A stretch of 64,000 nt of DNA. Source: Chara braunii (lineage: Eukaryota > Plantae > Charophyceae). Location of the stretch: NCBI GenBank assembly GCA_003427395.1, contig BFEA01000016.1:2492313-2556312 (forward strand), written 5' to 3'. Below are positions 49,901 to 64,000 of this stretch, one piece after another. The notes under the pieces were generated by a model, which saw only the letters and a program-made list of their open reading frames with translations, was not told the origin of the DNA and made no database searches. Made by a program: the position numbers and the translations under genes. The first letter of the stretch is position 1, and each line of letters begins with the position of its first letter.

Positions 49901-52900
49901 AGTCGATATTCAGGATCTTAATAATCAATTGTTATCCTTTGCACAACATCGTTGGCAATGACACTTAATTAGAAGCAAACTAGCAAAGTTTGTGACAGAG
50001 GGTCAAATGAATGTTTCATTTTTTGCATTAGCTCGATCACGCTCACAATGTTCTTTTATCGAAGGACTTATTAACCCAGTTGGATCTGATCCCTGTTTGT
50101 CCTCCTCCTCTCCAGGTAGTCTTAAAATCGCTTATGATTTTTACAAAAATATTTTCTCCTCCTCTAAGAATCCGGAAATGAGAGGGAAAAATAACACTGC
50201 GATAACAAATTTCCTGCAACCTATGACGCAGACTCTTTCTTAGGAACAGATCAATTTTCTTGAGCATCCCTTAATCCTGGATGAAATATGGATAGCGCTT
50301 TTACAGATGGATGAGGACGAAACGCCAGGTGTATTCGAACTTCCTAAAGAGTTTTGGGAAACCATGTGGCCATTATTTACATCAGACCTGATGCAGTTCT
50401 ATGATTCAATACAAGATTTAGGTCTGATGGAATAATTGGTGGGACAAGGTATTCTTACTCTCTTACATAAAAAGGGAGATAAAATAAATATAAGAAATTA
50501 TAGGTCAGTTACCTTGCTTTCTGTTGTATATAAAATGTTACCTAAGACCCTGGCCAATCGTTTGATTTCAGTTATAGCTGACATTATTCACCCTTGGCAA
50601 ACTGGATTTATTAATGGTAGGCATATTCAGGATAACATTATGCTTATCAATGAAATTGTTAAATTATGTCGACAATCTAAACAAAATGTAGTCTTTATTT
50701 TTATTGATTTTGAAAAAGCTTATGACCACGTAGATTATTTTTTTTTTTTAGGTTTGTGTTTTTTTTTTTTAGGTTTGCCTAGTAAAAATGAATTTTGGTC
50801 TCAATTTGCGTAAATGGGTTTGTAACCTTCATACTAATGTCACGATTAGAACCCAGATACATGGTCTTGTCTCTCCAGAAATCAAGCTACAAAGGTCTGT
50901 TAGGCAAGGGGACCTCTTGGCTCCATTCCTTTTTTTTTAATTATTATGGAAGCACAAGGAGCCAACCTTAGGGCTAACCTTAATTTACAGCATCTGCGGA
51001 TTTTTGGTATTCCAGAGGAGGTCATTCCAGTTTGCTCCATGTTTGCAGATGATCTCACGGTCATGGTGGATGCAACAAAGGACAATATGGCAGAGATTCA
51101 AGCCTTGATGGATAAATTTTCGCAAGTCTCGGAGATGGTGGTCAATTGGGGTAACAAAACTCAAGGTTGGTGGATTCATTCCACTGGGGATCGTCCTCCT
51201 GAACATCCTAGAGTGAGATGGTTGCCACTAGAAGCCCCAATTCGCATCCTTGGTATTTCCCTCACGACAGTTGGGAAACATACGACTCATGATGAATGGG
51301 TGTCTAAACCGGCGATTGACAAAGTGCGCCAATTGAAGAACAAACATACTTGCATATTTGGGAGAGCACTCATCATCAATAATGTTATTTTGGCTTCTAT
51401 ATGGTATAAATCGGCTCAGTGGGCCATGAGTAATGCACTCACCAAAACCCTACAGAGACAGGTTACAGCGTTTTTATAGAGGGGAAATCATGAGCAGGAT
51501 AAGGTAATCCCTAGAGTGGTTTGGCGATACTTGATTCAACCCAAAGCTATGGGGGTTCTAGGGATTCTTGATCCTTATCTTCAGTAGCAACCCCTTGCTT
51601 TACAACGGATAAAGAAACTTATTTTATCTATTGATAAACCTTGGCAGGTCATGGCGCTCGAACAGATTCGTAGACTAGCTCCGGTCTCAAGTGAGGACAT
51701 TCATCCGCTCTCATGGGTTGAGGATCGCTTTTGGACTATCCCCAAGGCAAAGGTAGGGGGAAATAGAGGGGGAGAAAGGGAGGGAGTGAGGAGTGATATG
51801 GTCTTAGATATTATGTGGGTAACCCTGCTGAAAATATGAAGACGCCTACCATTACCTAATAGACCATTTACAACCAGATACGAGGAAATTCTTCGGCAAC
51901 CACTCTTTGGTAATAGATGGATCACAGATCTAAACGGATGTATTTTCAACAGTTTTTCCCCACCATGGTGTCAGTAGGTAAAAAAAGGGGTTACGCGTAT
52001 CAAGGACATATGGGATTCAAGTAAGAAAGACTGGGAAACAGGGGAACAGTTGAGGCAAGCCCTTTGATACACTCATCATCTTAATACAAGTTTGGATCAG
52101 ATAATTTTTTCTATACCCCTGACTTGGGTATCAATCCTTAAGAAAAGGCCCAGGATTAAGGATGGTGATTGGGTGGTAGGGGTCAAGACCAATGGACAAA
52201 GGGTAATAGGACAGGTGGTTCATATGACCCAGCCAGGAGCTCTAGTGAACACGTATAAAACAAATAGAGAATTTTTCTTGATCCATTATCCTTCAGATCC
52301 AGTTTGTCTATTCTCATTGTCCCATCTCTATCGAATCAGGGTCCTCTTTATTTCCTTAATCAAGGGGTGGAGAGTTTTTCATGCGGAAATACCCATCCCA
52401 GAGCTTCCTCTTGATCCCGCAGAGTGGGTTTGGCAGACTACCAAGAAAGGAAAACCCAGATCATTACAATCCCTATCGGTAAAAGCGGTCTATCATCTTC
52501 TGAGGCCAAGAGTGGGCATTTCATCAATTGTTTGGGAAAGATGGGCTAGGCACTTTAATCTTGACCTCAACTCGATCAAAAATATATATTTTTTAAACAA
52601 AATTAGACAACGACCAGCTAAATTGTCATCGCTCCAATGACAAATTGATCATCGTTGTCTGCCTACTAATGATTGGCTCATAGACCACTCTTCATTGGAA
52701 CAAAAGGGTTTTGCCCTACCTTGGTGCAAATCATGTGTATCATACTTTCCCAGCAAAAAATGTCGGGAAACTATTGAACACATTTTTATGCAATGTCCTG
52801 GTTTGGTTTTATTATGGAGGAGATGGGATTATGTTTGGAGGGAACTTACTGGTTTGGTCTGGCCTTGGGACTGGAAGGTCATTCTTGTAGGTCATTGGGT

Positions 52901-53155
52901 TCTACAAGATATCATACTGATTGCTTTTTAATCTTTTTTTTTTTTAATTGGTAGGAAAGCAATCGTTTGGGTCCTATGGTATAAACGATGTGTCCTTGAG
53001 AAGGAAAATGTAGCACTAGGGGACACTAAAATTTATGAATATATTGTTCAATTTATACAAACAGAAATCAGAGCTTATTGGGATGAGCTGCGCTCTAAAT
53101 TATATAAATTACAAAGGAAAAAGGACATTCAACTCTTAATTCAAGAATTTGCATT
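46957..53155 (+). mobile_element. Decayed L1/Tx1-like LINE (ORF1 C-terminal part plus ORF2)
   Basis: APE endonuclease SLNVNGL, DLICIQE, DFNA, ADH; RT IDFEKAYD, RQG, FADD; C-terminal CKSC...ETIEHIFMQC. Confidence 0.92.
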
Positions 53156-53159
53156 GGAT

Positions 53160-56100
53160 TGGCTGGGGGGTGCAGGAGAGAGGAGTCTGGGAGAGGTGAC
53201 GTGGCCAGGGGGAGAAGGGTCGGAGGTGTGACCAGCAAGGATAGATGCCAAAGTATTGTTGCATGTCTTTGAGAAGGGAGGATCTGCAGTTGCCTCCATA
53301 GGTGACCAATGTGTGTCAGTGTTTGTGTCTCTGCTCCTGCAGTCAACGTCTCTGATCTCTCAGCAGTCACCAAGATCGGTCGGCGTGCCGAGATCATCAG
53401 TTCCTTAGTGCTCTTCATCTGTGATAGAGGCAATGTGGTACCTTCCTTCCCCAGTCCTCTCCAACCCCATACTTCCAAATCGAGCTTCCTTTTGGCTAAC
53501 GGAATATCTGAAAGAGATATGGCTTGATGTTTGTCTTCCTCATCCGATTTCCTTCACCTTGATTTGTTGTAGGTGAGAGCCGAGCGACGGCCTACTTGAT
53601 AACAGTCGGTGGTCCCTGAAGATTTGTATCTCTGCTTCTAAGTCAGAGTCTTCATCCGTCGGTTCATATCGGGAAAGGAGCCTCGATGAGGGGAGTCTGT
53701 CCCACCTTTCAAAGTCTCATGATCCGTCTTCTGAGTAGGAGATCAGTTTCCAGTACGTAGTGTCTCTATCCGGAGGTTCGGTGATGTACCAAGTGCCTGG
53801 GGGATCCACTGCTCCCGGGGACAACCGATCCTTCCAAGCGTGTGGGATCGCCCTGATGAGTTCCTCCAACTTATACTCCACATTTTGCAGATTTTCTAGT
53901 TTGAGCCTCAGGTCCTCTTTATATATCCAGTCTGATGTCATCGTGTCCCAAATGTTGCCGACTCGAAGGACTCCTTTGCCAATCCATTTTTCACCAAACG
54001 CCCCCGCTTCTTTGTTAGCTCTGAAGCTTTGACCTTGATGATCTACCACGTGCGGGTTGTCGAACAGCGGTTGACTAAGGACCTCCGTCTTAGTAACAGG
54101 CGCTAACCACTCAGTTGGTTTGACCTTTTTCCATGCCTTAATTATGTCTACCCAGAATCTAGAGCGGAACTTCTTACCCAGGTAGGATTCCAGCTGGAGG
54201 CATACCCATACATCTTCCTCACGGGCCAACCCCCATTCAGTGGCCAAAATGTGCTCTGCCATCTGTACCCAGTGCTCTGAACCATCGCTGTTTGCTGCCC
54301 TGATGATCCAGTTTGCTAGCAGGATGCAGTTCCTCCGTTGTGGGTCGCTGATGCCCAGCCCTCCTTCCTCCCTTGGTTGAGATATCAATTCCCGGACTAC
54401 CTTCGAGATAAAGCCTTGATCCACATCCCCTCTTGGTTTCCAGATGAATCTGGTCACCATTCTTCTTGGCTGCGCTACCAAAGAAGGGTTGAGCAGACGA
54501 ACATAGCCCACATAATTTAATAGCGAGAGAAGGGAGGTGTTTACCACCATTGGTCTACCAAAGATTGATAGGTAAGGTGTTGACCCCCAAGCCTTGATCC
54601 TTGCCACCATTCGGTTTTGGAGGATTTCCTCCTGAACATCTGGGCAGGTTTCGAGCGCAACCATTACCCCCAGGAATCTCTCCACTTCCCCTGCACTGAT
54701 GCGGCGCATCCCCTAGTCCACCTCTAGCTCAAGCTCGTGCGGCAGAAAATACACAGATTTACGCCAATTCACTGCGGCTTCTGAGAACAACGAGTATTCA
54801 TCCAACAGGACTTTTAAAGCTTCAAGGGCCTTGACGAAGTTCTCACAGATAGCAAACAGGTCGTTTGCGTGGGCCTTTGCCTTATAAGTTGATTGTTTCA
54901 GAGCTAGGCCTATTATTTCTGGCCTGCTTCGAATGTTACACATAATGACCTCGAGTTGAATGACGAAAAGCAAGGGGGCCAGTGGGCAACCCTGCCGAAG
55001 GGATCGAGATAAGGGGAAGGGGTCGGACAAGAGACCGTTAATCAGTATTGAGGTCGTGGAGTGGGTATACAGAGCTACCACCCAGCTGCAAAAATTATAT
55101 CCGAAACCCATCTTGCGCAGGGTTGTGAGCACAAAGCTCCAATTCACTCTGTCATACGCTTTTTCAAGATCTAATAGCAAAACTGAGAGCGGTCTGTCTC
55201 CCCTTTCAACGATCTCGAGAGTCTGAATGGCTGTTACTATATTCTCAAAGATCAAACGCCCCTGCACGAAGGCTGCTTGGTCTTTGCCTACTAACCCAGG
55301 GAGATACCTCGACAGTCTTCTGGGTTTTTGCTAAGATTTTGTATGATACGTTTAACCTCGAGATAGTACATCAATTTCTGATGTCCTCCCTTGACCCTTT
55401 CTTGTACAACAGTGTGATCACTTCGAAGCACATGTTATCCGTGAGTTTTCCTCCGATCAGGACGTTATTATAGATTTACAACAAAGAATTTTTTATGTCC
55501 GGCCAGGCTTCTTCGAAGAACTCCGAGGGAAGGCTATCACAACCCGGAGCCTTTTCTTTTGCCATTGCCTTAATTACCGCTTTGACTTTCGTGTCTATGA
55601 GAGGCCGATCCAGATCTAACTGGGCAGTGTGTGGCAGGTTTACGTTCACTACTTCCCATAGGTCCATCAGGCTTTGCTGTCCCGTAGCTAATTCACTGGG
55701 ATTGCGCCTATGTCACAGAAATACAGTTCGACATAGTTACACATTTCCCGTGTTGAAACTGTTATGGGAGCGTTCTCATCGAACGGGTGGGATCATAATG
55801 TTTTCATTTCTTTATGTGCGAAGCGGGGGAGGATCTTCTGGAACGTGTGCTTAGTTATCCGATATCCTGTCTCTATACACTTAACTGTCAGTATCTCCTT
55901 CCATCGTTCGGATTTAGTTTCCTGAATCTCATCCCATACCTCCATCCTTTCTGCTCTAACCACTCCCCACCAATATGCATCGATCGACCTATGTAGCAGA
56001 TTCACTATCCTGCTCGCTGCGTCTTCCACTCCCTTCTTAGCTCGGGCCTCCTCTTTATTATTGCGTAAGGCTAGGATCTTGGAGATAATGTTAAGCATAT

Positions 56101-59100
56101 TCGAAATGAATCTGAGGCAGGCGTCCCACCAGGTACTCAGATCGGGGAAGAGGTGTTTCCTCTGCCTCAATTTCTCCAGTCGGGAATGTACCCATTTCCT
56201 TATCCCTGGTTCCTTTAATGTATCCGTAATCAGTCTGAAGATCCTTTTCCCTCTGACGGGTCTCTCTCCCCACAGGAACTGAACGACCACTGGGTTATGG
56301 TTTGAGATCGGATGGGGTTGTGTGGATACATCTATGGTTCCACTCCAGATGGATTTACTTGTTAGGAAATAGTCTAATCTACGTGGGTTTACCCTCCTGC
56401 CCGCTTGCAGTTGGGAGGAAAACCACGTATAGCCTGGGTCTGTACTATCGGTAAGTCTGTATGGATCCAACAGATCCAGGTCTATCACTATATCCAACAG
56501 TGCATCGAAATCTTTCCTCGCTTTACCGATTGCAAAGACAGGATTGGAGTTATCGATTGCCATATCCCAATCACCGAAAATAAGAATATCTTCCACATCA
56601 GGGAGGCTGTCCATTAATAGTTCAAAAAATTATCTTCGCTCCGTTCTATTTGTTGGGGCGTAGATCGTAGCCATTGCCCACTCCCTGTCAGCAGATCGAA
56701 GCTTGATCCAGGCCCAACGACCTTGTTGGTCGAAGTCATGGTCAAGTATCTCGACATCTAAGTTACGGTGTAATAAGATAGTCACACCTCCCCGTGATTC
56801 CACAGTCGGTGCCCATACCAAAGGTTCATCCCACCACGCTCCTAGCATCGTAATCTTTTCCTGGTCCAACTTTGTCTTTTGCATACATAGGATCGAGATT
56901 CGATTGTCACGCATCTAGGTGTTAATCCTTAACCTTTTCCCTTGTCCACTAGAGTCGCAGAGTCCTCGGATGTTCCAGGTCGAGATTTTAACTGGGAGCA
57001 TGGTCGTTTCCAGATCCCGACCGAGCTTCGATGCGGAGAGACGGAATAGAAGAGCCACGTGATGCCTGCATGGCTTGGGATCCCATGTCCCAACGTTGCG
57101 TCAGAAATGATTGAAAAAAAGGGAGAGTGCAAGGATCGCGCCTTCGGGATCTTCTGGGACAATGTCCCCAGACATGTAGCATCGCAATCACCTAGTAGGG
57201 TCACCTTTGACAACTCAGGGTAGTCCAGGTAGGAGAGTCATTCCATGGGAAATAGGCTCAAACCCTGATTGACTAATCTTGATAGTGCTTCCTGGGTAAT
57301 CCTGACATTTAAGATGGGGATGAACAGTTTTGCTTTAACCTCTGGGCGTTCCATGAAAAATTGGGGGGTGGGGATATCGGGTACATTTCTAATCATCACA
57401 TCACTGCCATATAGTCTACATGTGATATTCAAAATTTCCAACGGCATAGGAGGTGAGGCAATTGGTTGAGAGGGGAGGAGAGTTACCCCTTGACTCGTCG
57501 ACCATGCCAGTGTGAATGTACCTTCCACTGTAGCCATAAACAATAGTGAAAGCAAATGCTTCTCCCACCCCCGTTCGCCCCCTTTCGATGTGGCCTGCCT
57601 TCAATTCCACTTCATGTTTCCTGGGGCCTGCTTTATCTGGTCCTGTCTTGCGACCGACGCTGAAGAGTGTTCCCCTTTCATCTCTTCTTCGATACGATAC
57701 TCTCACATATCTTCATTGAGCCTCCTTCTCTGCTTTGTTGGTGTTATTTCCCGCCTGCGTGCGTCCTTCGAGCCTGATGGGGCTTGTGACTTCGATGTGC
57801 TTGCTCTCGTATCGCCCTGGTCCCTTGATCTGGACTATGTTGCTTCATCTGTGATTCCTCCTTGAGCTCTTAACTGGGTTCCTTCTTCTACTCGAGTTGG
57901 GTGGGCCGGGGAGAAAATTGGATTGTCCCTCGCCACCATCCCGTCACGAGGTGCAATGCCTTGTCGGCCTCTGCCTCCAGGCGGGCCCAACTTTCCTTAA
58001 TAACTTGGTTGTTTGGTTGGTCTCCCCCTTTTATTTAAGTTACTTGATGATAACTTGACGATGTTCCTCGAGCGTTCTTGGTTCTCCGAGTGCCTTCTGC
58101 TTCCGCTTCCATGGGAGTCAACTGGTCGACTTCTTCCTATTGATCTGGACGGGCTTTGGTTCCGGCTCAATGTTGGGGTTGCTTGGGGAAATCCTTGGAG
58201 ATGACCTCAACGGATAAGCGCTATTGAGAGATGGTGTTCCGCTTGAGTTTTGGCTTGGGGTAGGGCTTGGGTCTCGTCTACGCCTTTGACTGGGCAGTCG
58301 TCCGCCAGATGGTAGTATCGCCTACACCGACTGCATCATGGCGTTTGAGCGTTTGCCACTTTCAACTCGATTAGCTTCCCTTGAAATATCGTGAAGGATA
58401 CCCTCCTTCAGTCTTGGTAAGGCTTCGATTGCTATGTCGATGCGTATATTGATAAGCTGCGAAGTCTTTGCATCTCGTTTTGATGGGTACACCTTGATGA
58501 CCTTGCTGATTGACAGCTCCGCTGCTGATTCCAAATAGCAATAGGCATCAATTGGGACGTCCAGGATTATGATCCAAAAGTAATCATTGGCCGCTTCTTT
58601 CCTTAAGTCCTAAATCTCCTTCTTAGTCAGCCACGGTTTGAAGGCGATGTTATACCACCTCCCACGAAGCGCCACTCTGATCTCTCCTTCTTGGATCATC
58701 CATCCACCACCCTTGTGTCCTTGGCGATGTATGAGAGGACGTTGCTTGATTCTACGCAGACGCGACCACGTGTGATTGACGGGTCGAAACGTTCTTCCCC
58801 CATCCAACTGTCTTCGTATGCTCGCACCACTTCTTCATTGACTTTCTTAGATAAATTCTCAGAACCTTCTTGGAAGATTACCGTCACGGTTCGCTCCTTG
58901 AGCCATTTGACTTTGATCTCGTCGAGAGACGGATTCAAAGTGAAATGAGTTTTAGTTCCTTCCTCTGCCAGTTCGTCAATGTCCCATCCAGCCGGGAGAA
59001 TGCCGATGTCGAAGCACTTCGGTAACATGTCCCTCACCCGTTCTTCCTCGGCCCAGTAATTTGTCTGGGCTTGAGGGGGGGAGCGATTTTGTGGTTTCGC

Positions 59101-59450
59101 CCCTTCGTCCTCTGCCATCTTTGCAGGCGGAGAACATGCTTTGTCGTCCGCTCCTACCATCCCGACGTCTCCCACGTGAGGTTGTGGGATAGCAGCATCT
59201 TCGTCAACTTCTATGGTGGCAGTAGCTTTTGGCTATGGCACTATTCTCTCCAAGGAGGCGTGCCTCTATCCGCTTCGACAGTCTGGATCTGGGCCCGAAG
59301 GCTACTTACTTTCGTCCTGGTATGAACTTGAATAATCTCGGTACTCTCGATGGTCCCGACGGGTCTCGATGTTCTCGGTGGGAGGATGGGGCTAGCCTAC
59401 CGAAGCTACAAGGTCAGACATGGCTGACTCCTTTGTGGTTCGTGTGAACC
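53160..59450 (-). mobile_element. Decayed L1/Tx1-like LINE, near full length, 3' end truncated
   Basis: ORF1 knuckle CSRCRRYYHLADDC (~58300); APE TWNIRG, TIYAP, GDWD, RLDYF; RT LDLEKAYD, RQGCPLAP. Confidence 0.92.
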
Positions 59451-59631
59451 TTCGCCGTGCTAACCACGGTGGTTAGGCGACGGCGGCTACACCGGTCAGT
59501 GCGAACTGGCGGCCATGAGCGCTGCATGCGCCGCGAACCAGTGCCCCCCCAGTGCCCCCCCGACACCCATGCAGTTTCGTTTTCTACTCGGAACTATTTG
59601 CTTTTCCCGCCTCCCATTCTTGGGAACTGAA

Positions 59632-59663
<32 letters not shown>

Positions 59664-59772
59664 ACACCACTTCATAATATAAATCCATCGCAATTTCTTT
59701 GCCATAGGATTCTCCTGCATCAGTGGTCGGACCATGTCCCGCAGATGTCCTCTAGGTGTTTGTGGGACACAG

Positions 59773-62700
59773 TTTTTTTTTTTTTTTTTTTTCCCCAAAA
59801 TCGGGCCCTGTGCCCAAGGCTCAAGATTTAGCAAATTGGTGCCCGAGGCCGGGGTCCTCACAGTCTATCCGGAAAAGGAAAGTCACATCTGGGAGCCTTA
59901 CCCAGTTTCGCTTTTTAGGAGACCCTTCTCGGGACCCGGGACCCTGCCACAGTCCATTCACTACTGACCAACTTCACATATACCTTCAACAACTAAGAAA
60001 GAGCTCTTAACTCAAGCGACTTCCTCCCTTTCCACTCTCAAAGACTATAGCTCCAACTTAGCTTGATCATACCCTCGAAGTTCTCAATCTTAGGTACTCT
60101 ATCTTCTATCTTTCCCAAACCTAACAAACTTTGTACCCAGTACAACCATCCATCCTTCCGACTTATCCAAACTGTCAGAATTATAAAATCTAACTATCCT
60201 AGTCGTCTACAGGTGGACGAACCTAATACGGTTCTATTGTAAGCCACTTCCATCGTGTAATAGCCAGGGGGTTAGCTTGAGCTTGCCGTCCGCGGTGAAT
60301 GAGGCCAGCCTCTCTTCTTTGGCCCAGGTATTTCTGAACCAGATAACACCCTTTGTTGGGTGCTGCTTGGTACGCTGCCAATCAACAAGAATGGTTATTC
60401 TCGGCATAGTGAGAACTTTGTGAGTTTGTTCCGAGAAAGAAGGGGGCTCCTTTCTGAACAGAGTGCTGTTTCCAGCATTCCAGAAAACTTCCATAACCAC
60501 TCCTCTGCACACTAAGGCTATATAGCCCCAACCACTTCCCAAATCCCGATCCTCAGAACAGGACCCATGAATTATCCACTCATGTGTCCATTGGAAGGCC
60601 CCTCCTGATAAATCGTTCCAGTGCTTAATCCACCAGTTCCACAGTTGACTTGACAGCGGGCAATACAGCCACAGGTGATTACTTGTCTCCCAGCCCCAGT
60701 TGCACCTGGAGCACCTCTCTTCCACCTCCATCCCTCTAGACTTCAGCCAAGAAGCAGACGCGGTTATTAACATTGATTGGCTCCATATTATGCTCGCTTG
60801 CTTTTGAGATGGAATGTTTTTTAGAGCTTTCCAAAATTTATGCATATTCATGTTCCGCAGTTGAAAGCCCTGCTCCTTCCGCAGTCTCTTCCCTGCTACC
60901 GTCAGCGCTTGGGCTTTCCTCGAAGACTGCAGGAGTCTAACTCTGAATTTTGTTTTGTATAGCGGGGCCGGGGAAAAGGCCCCCGCAGACTCCATATCTA
61001 GCCAACCGCTGAGTAGCGGTTCTACCTGAAGTCTTTCTGGGGTATGAGAGATTAGTAGCGCTCCGGTAGACTCCGCGCCACAGTGCCAAACCCTCACTTC
61101 CTTCAAGTCATCCATGACCAGTAACACTTTCTGTCCACAACATTTCAGCTTCTTATAAATACCATCGCCACACTGTTCTCTCTACGACTCCACTTTTGTT
61201 CCCTGGTCAAGCTCAGGACCTAAAATCTTCAAAACGCCTTGAGCATTATCCGGGTCTTCTCACCAGGTGCCTGGGGGTTTTCCGCCTGGGTTGTGCAGGA
61301 GGTTGAACCAGTATTCATGCACTGCCTGTTGTATTTTGTTAATATTTTTTGTTAAGTTCTGTAAATATGGCAACTTTCGTCGCATATCCTGCAGGCCCCG
61401 CCACTCTTTCCTCTGGGTGTCCCACATATCTCTAACTTGTATTACTCCTTTCTCGGCCCAGGATTTTCCAAACGAACCTCTGCTCCCGTCTGCTAGGAAG
61501 ACTAACCCATTATCCTGTTTCAAAAATCCGTTTTCGAACAGGATCTGATTTAGCATTTCCTGTTCAGTAGAGGGGAGCTTCTTTGTTGTAGGCTGGACTT
61601 TATTCCATGCAGAAAGTATGTTCTTCCAAACTTTTGACTTTCGTCTCCTTTTTGCAAAGGAGGGGATGAACATACAGGTCCAAACATGTGCCGGGTTGGA
61701 GAAATTTCACTCTTTACCCAGAATGTACTCTACCAGCCTAACCCACTGTTTGTCCCGGTTCCCAAATACTGCAGAGATGACCCATTTCCCTAGTAATCCC
61801 AGGTTCTGTTATACAGGGTCAAGAATTCCTAAGCCTCCCTGATCTCTCGGGGCGGCTATTAAATCCCAAGCCGCTTTCACCAGGTATCCTTGATCTTCCG
61901 CTGCTGCTGGTTTCCACAGGTAGCGCGTCGCCGCTCTCCTGATACTGGAGTAAGCTTCTCCTCCCAACAAATGGATCGAAAGTGGGAACCATAGTAGGGA
62001 GAAGGTTGCTGAGGTCAGGACCAAGGCTCTCCCATAAAGGAAGAGTTTGTGATTCTTGTTCCATCCTGCAATTCTTGAAAGCACCCTTTCTACCAGTATT
62101 GAATCCTGCATAACCGCACAGTCTGACAGAGATACTTGCACACCCAGAAAACGGTCAGCCGAGTTAATTGGTATTTGTCTCAGTCCCCAGTCTACACATA
62201 ACACCCTTGGGGGGGGGAGAAAGAATACCAATTTATCCCAATTTATTGAAGCCTCCGACAACTCGCAGTATTTATCTAATAGCCCTCTAAGTTCTGATAG
62301 TGCTCCTGGTGAGTTTTCACAGGCTATTGTTCAGTCATCTGGTATCGCACCGCCCTTCCATTGTGTATACGGGGACGTCCTAAGACCTGTTATTAAATTA
62401 CTCGCTCTAATATTTTCAAGTAGGACCTCTAACTGTATGACAAACAGAAGGGTGGCTAGCGGGCACCCCTGGCGTAGAGATCTAGTAAGGGGGAAGTCTG
62501 TCGACACTCTGCCATTTATTGCAACAACTGATCGTGCATGAAAGTAGCTTGCTTGGACCACGTTTCCAAACGCGTCCCCAAAGCCCATTTTTTTTAGGGT
62601 TGTGGAGACGAAGCTCCATCCTACCTTATCATATGCTTTTTCCATGTCGAGTAGGAGTATTGCCATGTCTCTCTTCTCCTTTCCTATAATCTCTAGGGCT

Positions 62701-63720
62701 TGCACCGTGACCATTATATTTTCGAAGATAGACCTTCCTTTCGCAAAGGCCCCTTGTTCCCACCTAATCAGTTCAGGTAGCAGTTTCGCCAAACGGTTGG
62801 CCATTGTTTTTGCTAGTAGCTTATAGATCATGTTTAATAGGGAAATTGGTCTCCAATTCCGGACTTGCCTCTTGTCGCCCTTCTTATAGAGGAGCGAAAT
62901 CATTACTTTTGTAAAATTTGGCGGGAGGGATCCCGTCTCCAGTGCTTTGTTATAAACCTCGCATAGGAAAGGGGCGAAAGAAGCCCAACATGACAGGTAT
63001 AGTTCTATAGGGAGTCCATCGGGGCCTGGGCACTTACCCATCGCCATTTGTTTCGCTGCTTGACCAATTTCCTTATGAGTTATGAGCGCATCTAGCTCTT
63101 CTTTGGCAAACACAGAGATCCTTTTTTGCAGGGGGGCCCAGAAGTCTGAGAACTCAGACAGATTCAGGGTTGGGGGGTCAAAGGGGCGTCTTGTGGACAC
63201 AATGTCCCTGAAATACTCCAAGGCATAGGAACATATATCCGCAGTGTCTGTTGCAACTGGGGCGTCGATGGCAAAGGGGTGCAGAAACTCTCTGACTAGT
63301 GGTTTAGAGTGTCGCTGTATCAATGATCTAAAAGTTAACTTGGTCATTTTATCATATCCTACAATACCTCTAATTCTCAGTTTTTCCTGCCATTCACACT
63401 GGATCTGAATCTCTAGCTGTTCCACTTGGGAGAGCAGGTCGCTTCTTTTGTCCGACCAGAACAAGTCTGCAAACGGATTTGTTGCCATTTTAGATTTTGC
63501 TTCTTTTATGGTCTTAATTAAAGATTTTTCTTTCCAAGACCTGGCTGCTGCTTTCATGCGTGAGAATTCCATGAGTGCAGACCGGACTATTGTTATTCCT
63601 ATTTCTGCCCAGTCATTTGGATTATCGAAGAGGTCTCTTGCACCTTGCCAAGACTGCATTTGGCAATTCACCCAGTTTATCAGCCCTTCGTCTCTCAGGA
63701 TTTGGACATTAAACCACCAG
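59773..63720 (-). mobile_element. 5'-truncated L1/Tx1-like LINE (RT, C-terminal zinc finger, 3' UTR, poly(A))
   Basis: ORF 62331..63671 has PGPDG, NWRPISL, DMEKAYD, RQGCPLA. ORF 60234..61127 has CSRC...ETSNHLWLYC. T20 run at 59773-59792. Confidence 0.92.
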
Positions 63721-63934
63721 TACCTCGCTCAGCTATGGGCCGTGGGCAATCCCGTATACGCGCCGCAGCCCGAGGGGGGTCGTTCAAGGGAAGGCCCGGT
63801 TGCTGCGCGAAGGCCGGGCTCCGCTTCCCTAGGAACGACACACTTGAGGGGGGAAAAAAAAAAAAAAAAAAGGAAAAAAAAAAAGCAAATACACAAACTA
63901 AAAAAAAAAATGAACGGACAAAAAGTTGAAGTCA

Positions 63935-63942
63935 CGCGCGCG

Positions 63943-63990
<48 letters not shown>
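63935..63990. repeat. Compound (CG)n(AG)n microsatellite
   Basis: Seen directly. Confidence 0.95.
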
Positions 63991-63995
<5 letters not shown>

Positions 63996-64000
63996 GCGAG

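Overview
Eukaryotic, repeat-saturated window with no recognisable intact host gene and four N-gaps. The LINE/Gypsy style suggests a plant or streptophyte alga such as Chara (inference only). In order: (1) a minus-strand Ty3/Gypsy element running off the left edge; (2) LINE 3' tails; (3) a LINE ORF1 split by a hAT-type non-autonomous transposon with TIRs and an 8-bp TSD; (4) two copies (13-16 kb, 42-47 kb) of a Helitron-like repeat with a 145-bp satellite; (5) a ~22.4-kb Gypsy element (16539-38916) with 3.6-kb LTRs and a tRNA-Asp PBS; (6) a further Gypsy gag fragment; (7) three decayed L1/Tx1-like LINEs. The main discovery candidate is inside the giant Gypsy element. Its LTR and its PBS-to-gag leader carry two unannotated paralogous small-protein families, four paralogues each: family X (~80-95 aa) and family Y (~130-190 aa, with a PC4-like F-x6-D-[ILV]-R-x-Y motif). 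12-bp repeat arrays precede the LTR-borne X genes, and an intact antisense tail-anchored ORF lies in the 3' region. All alignments were done by eye; no database searches were run.
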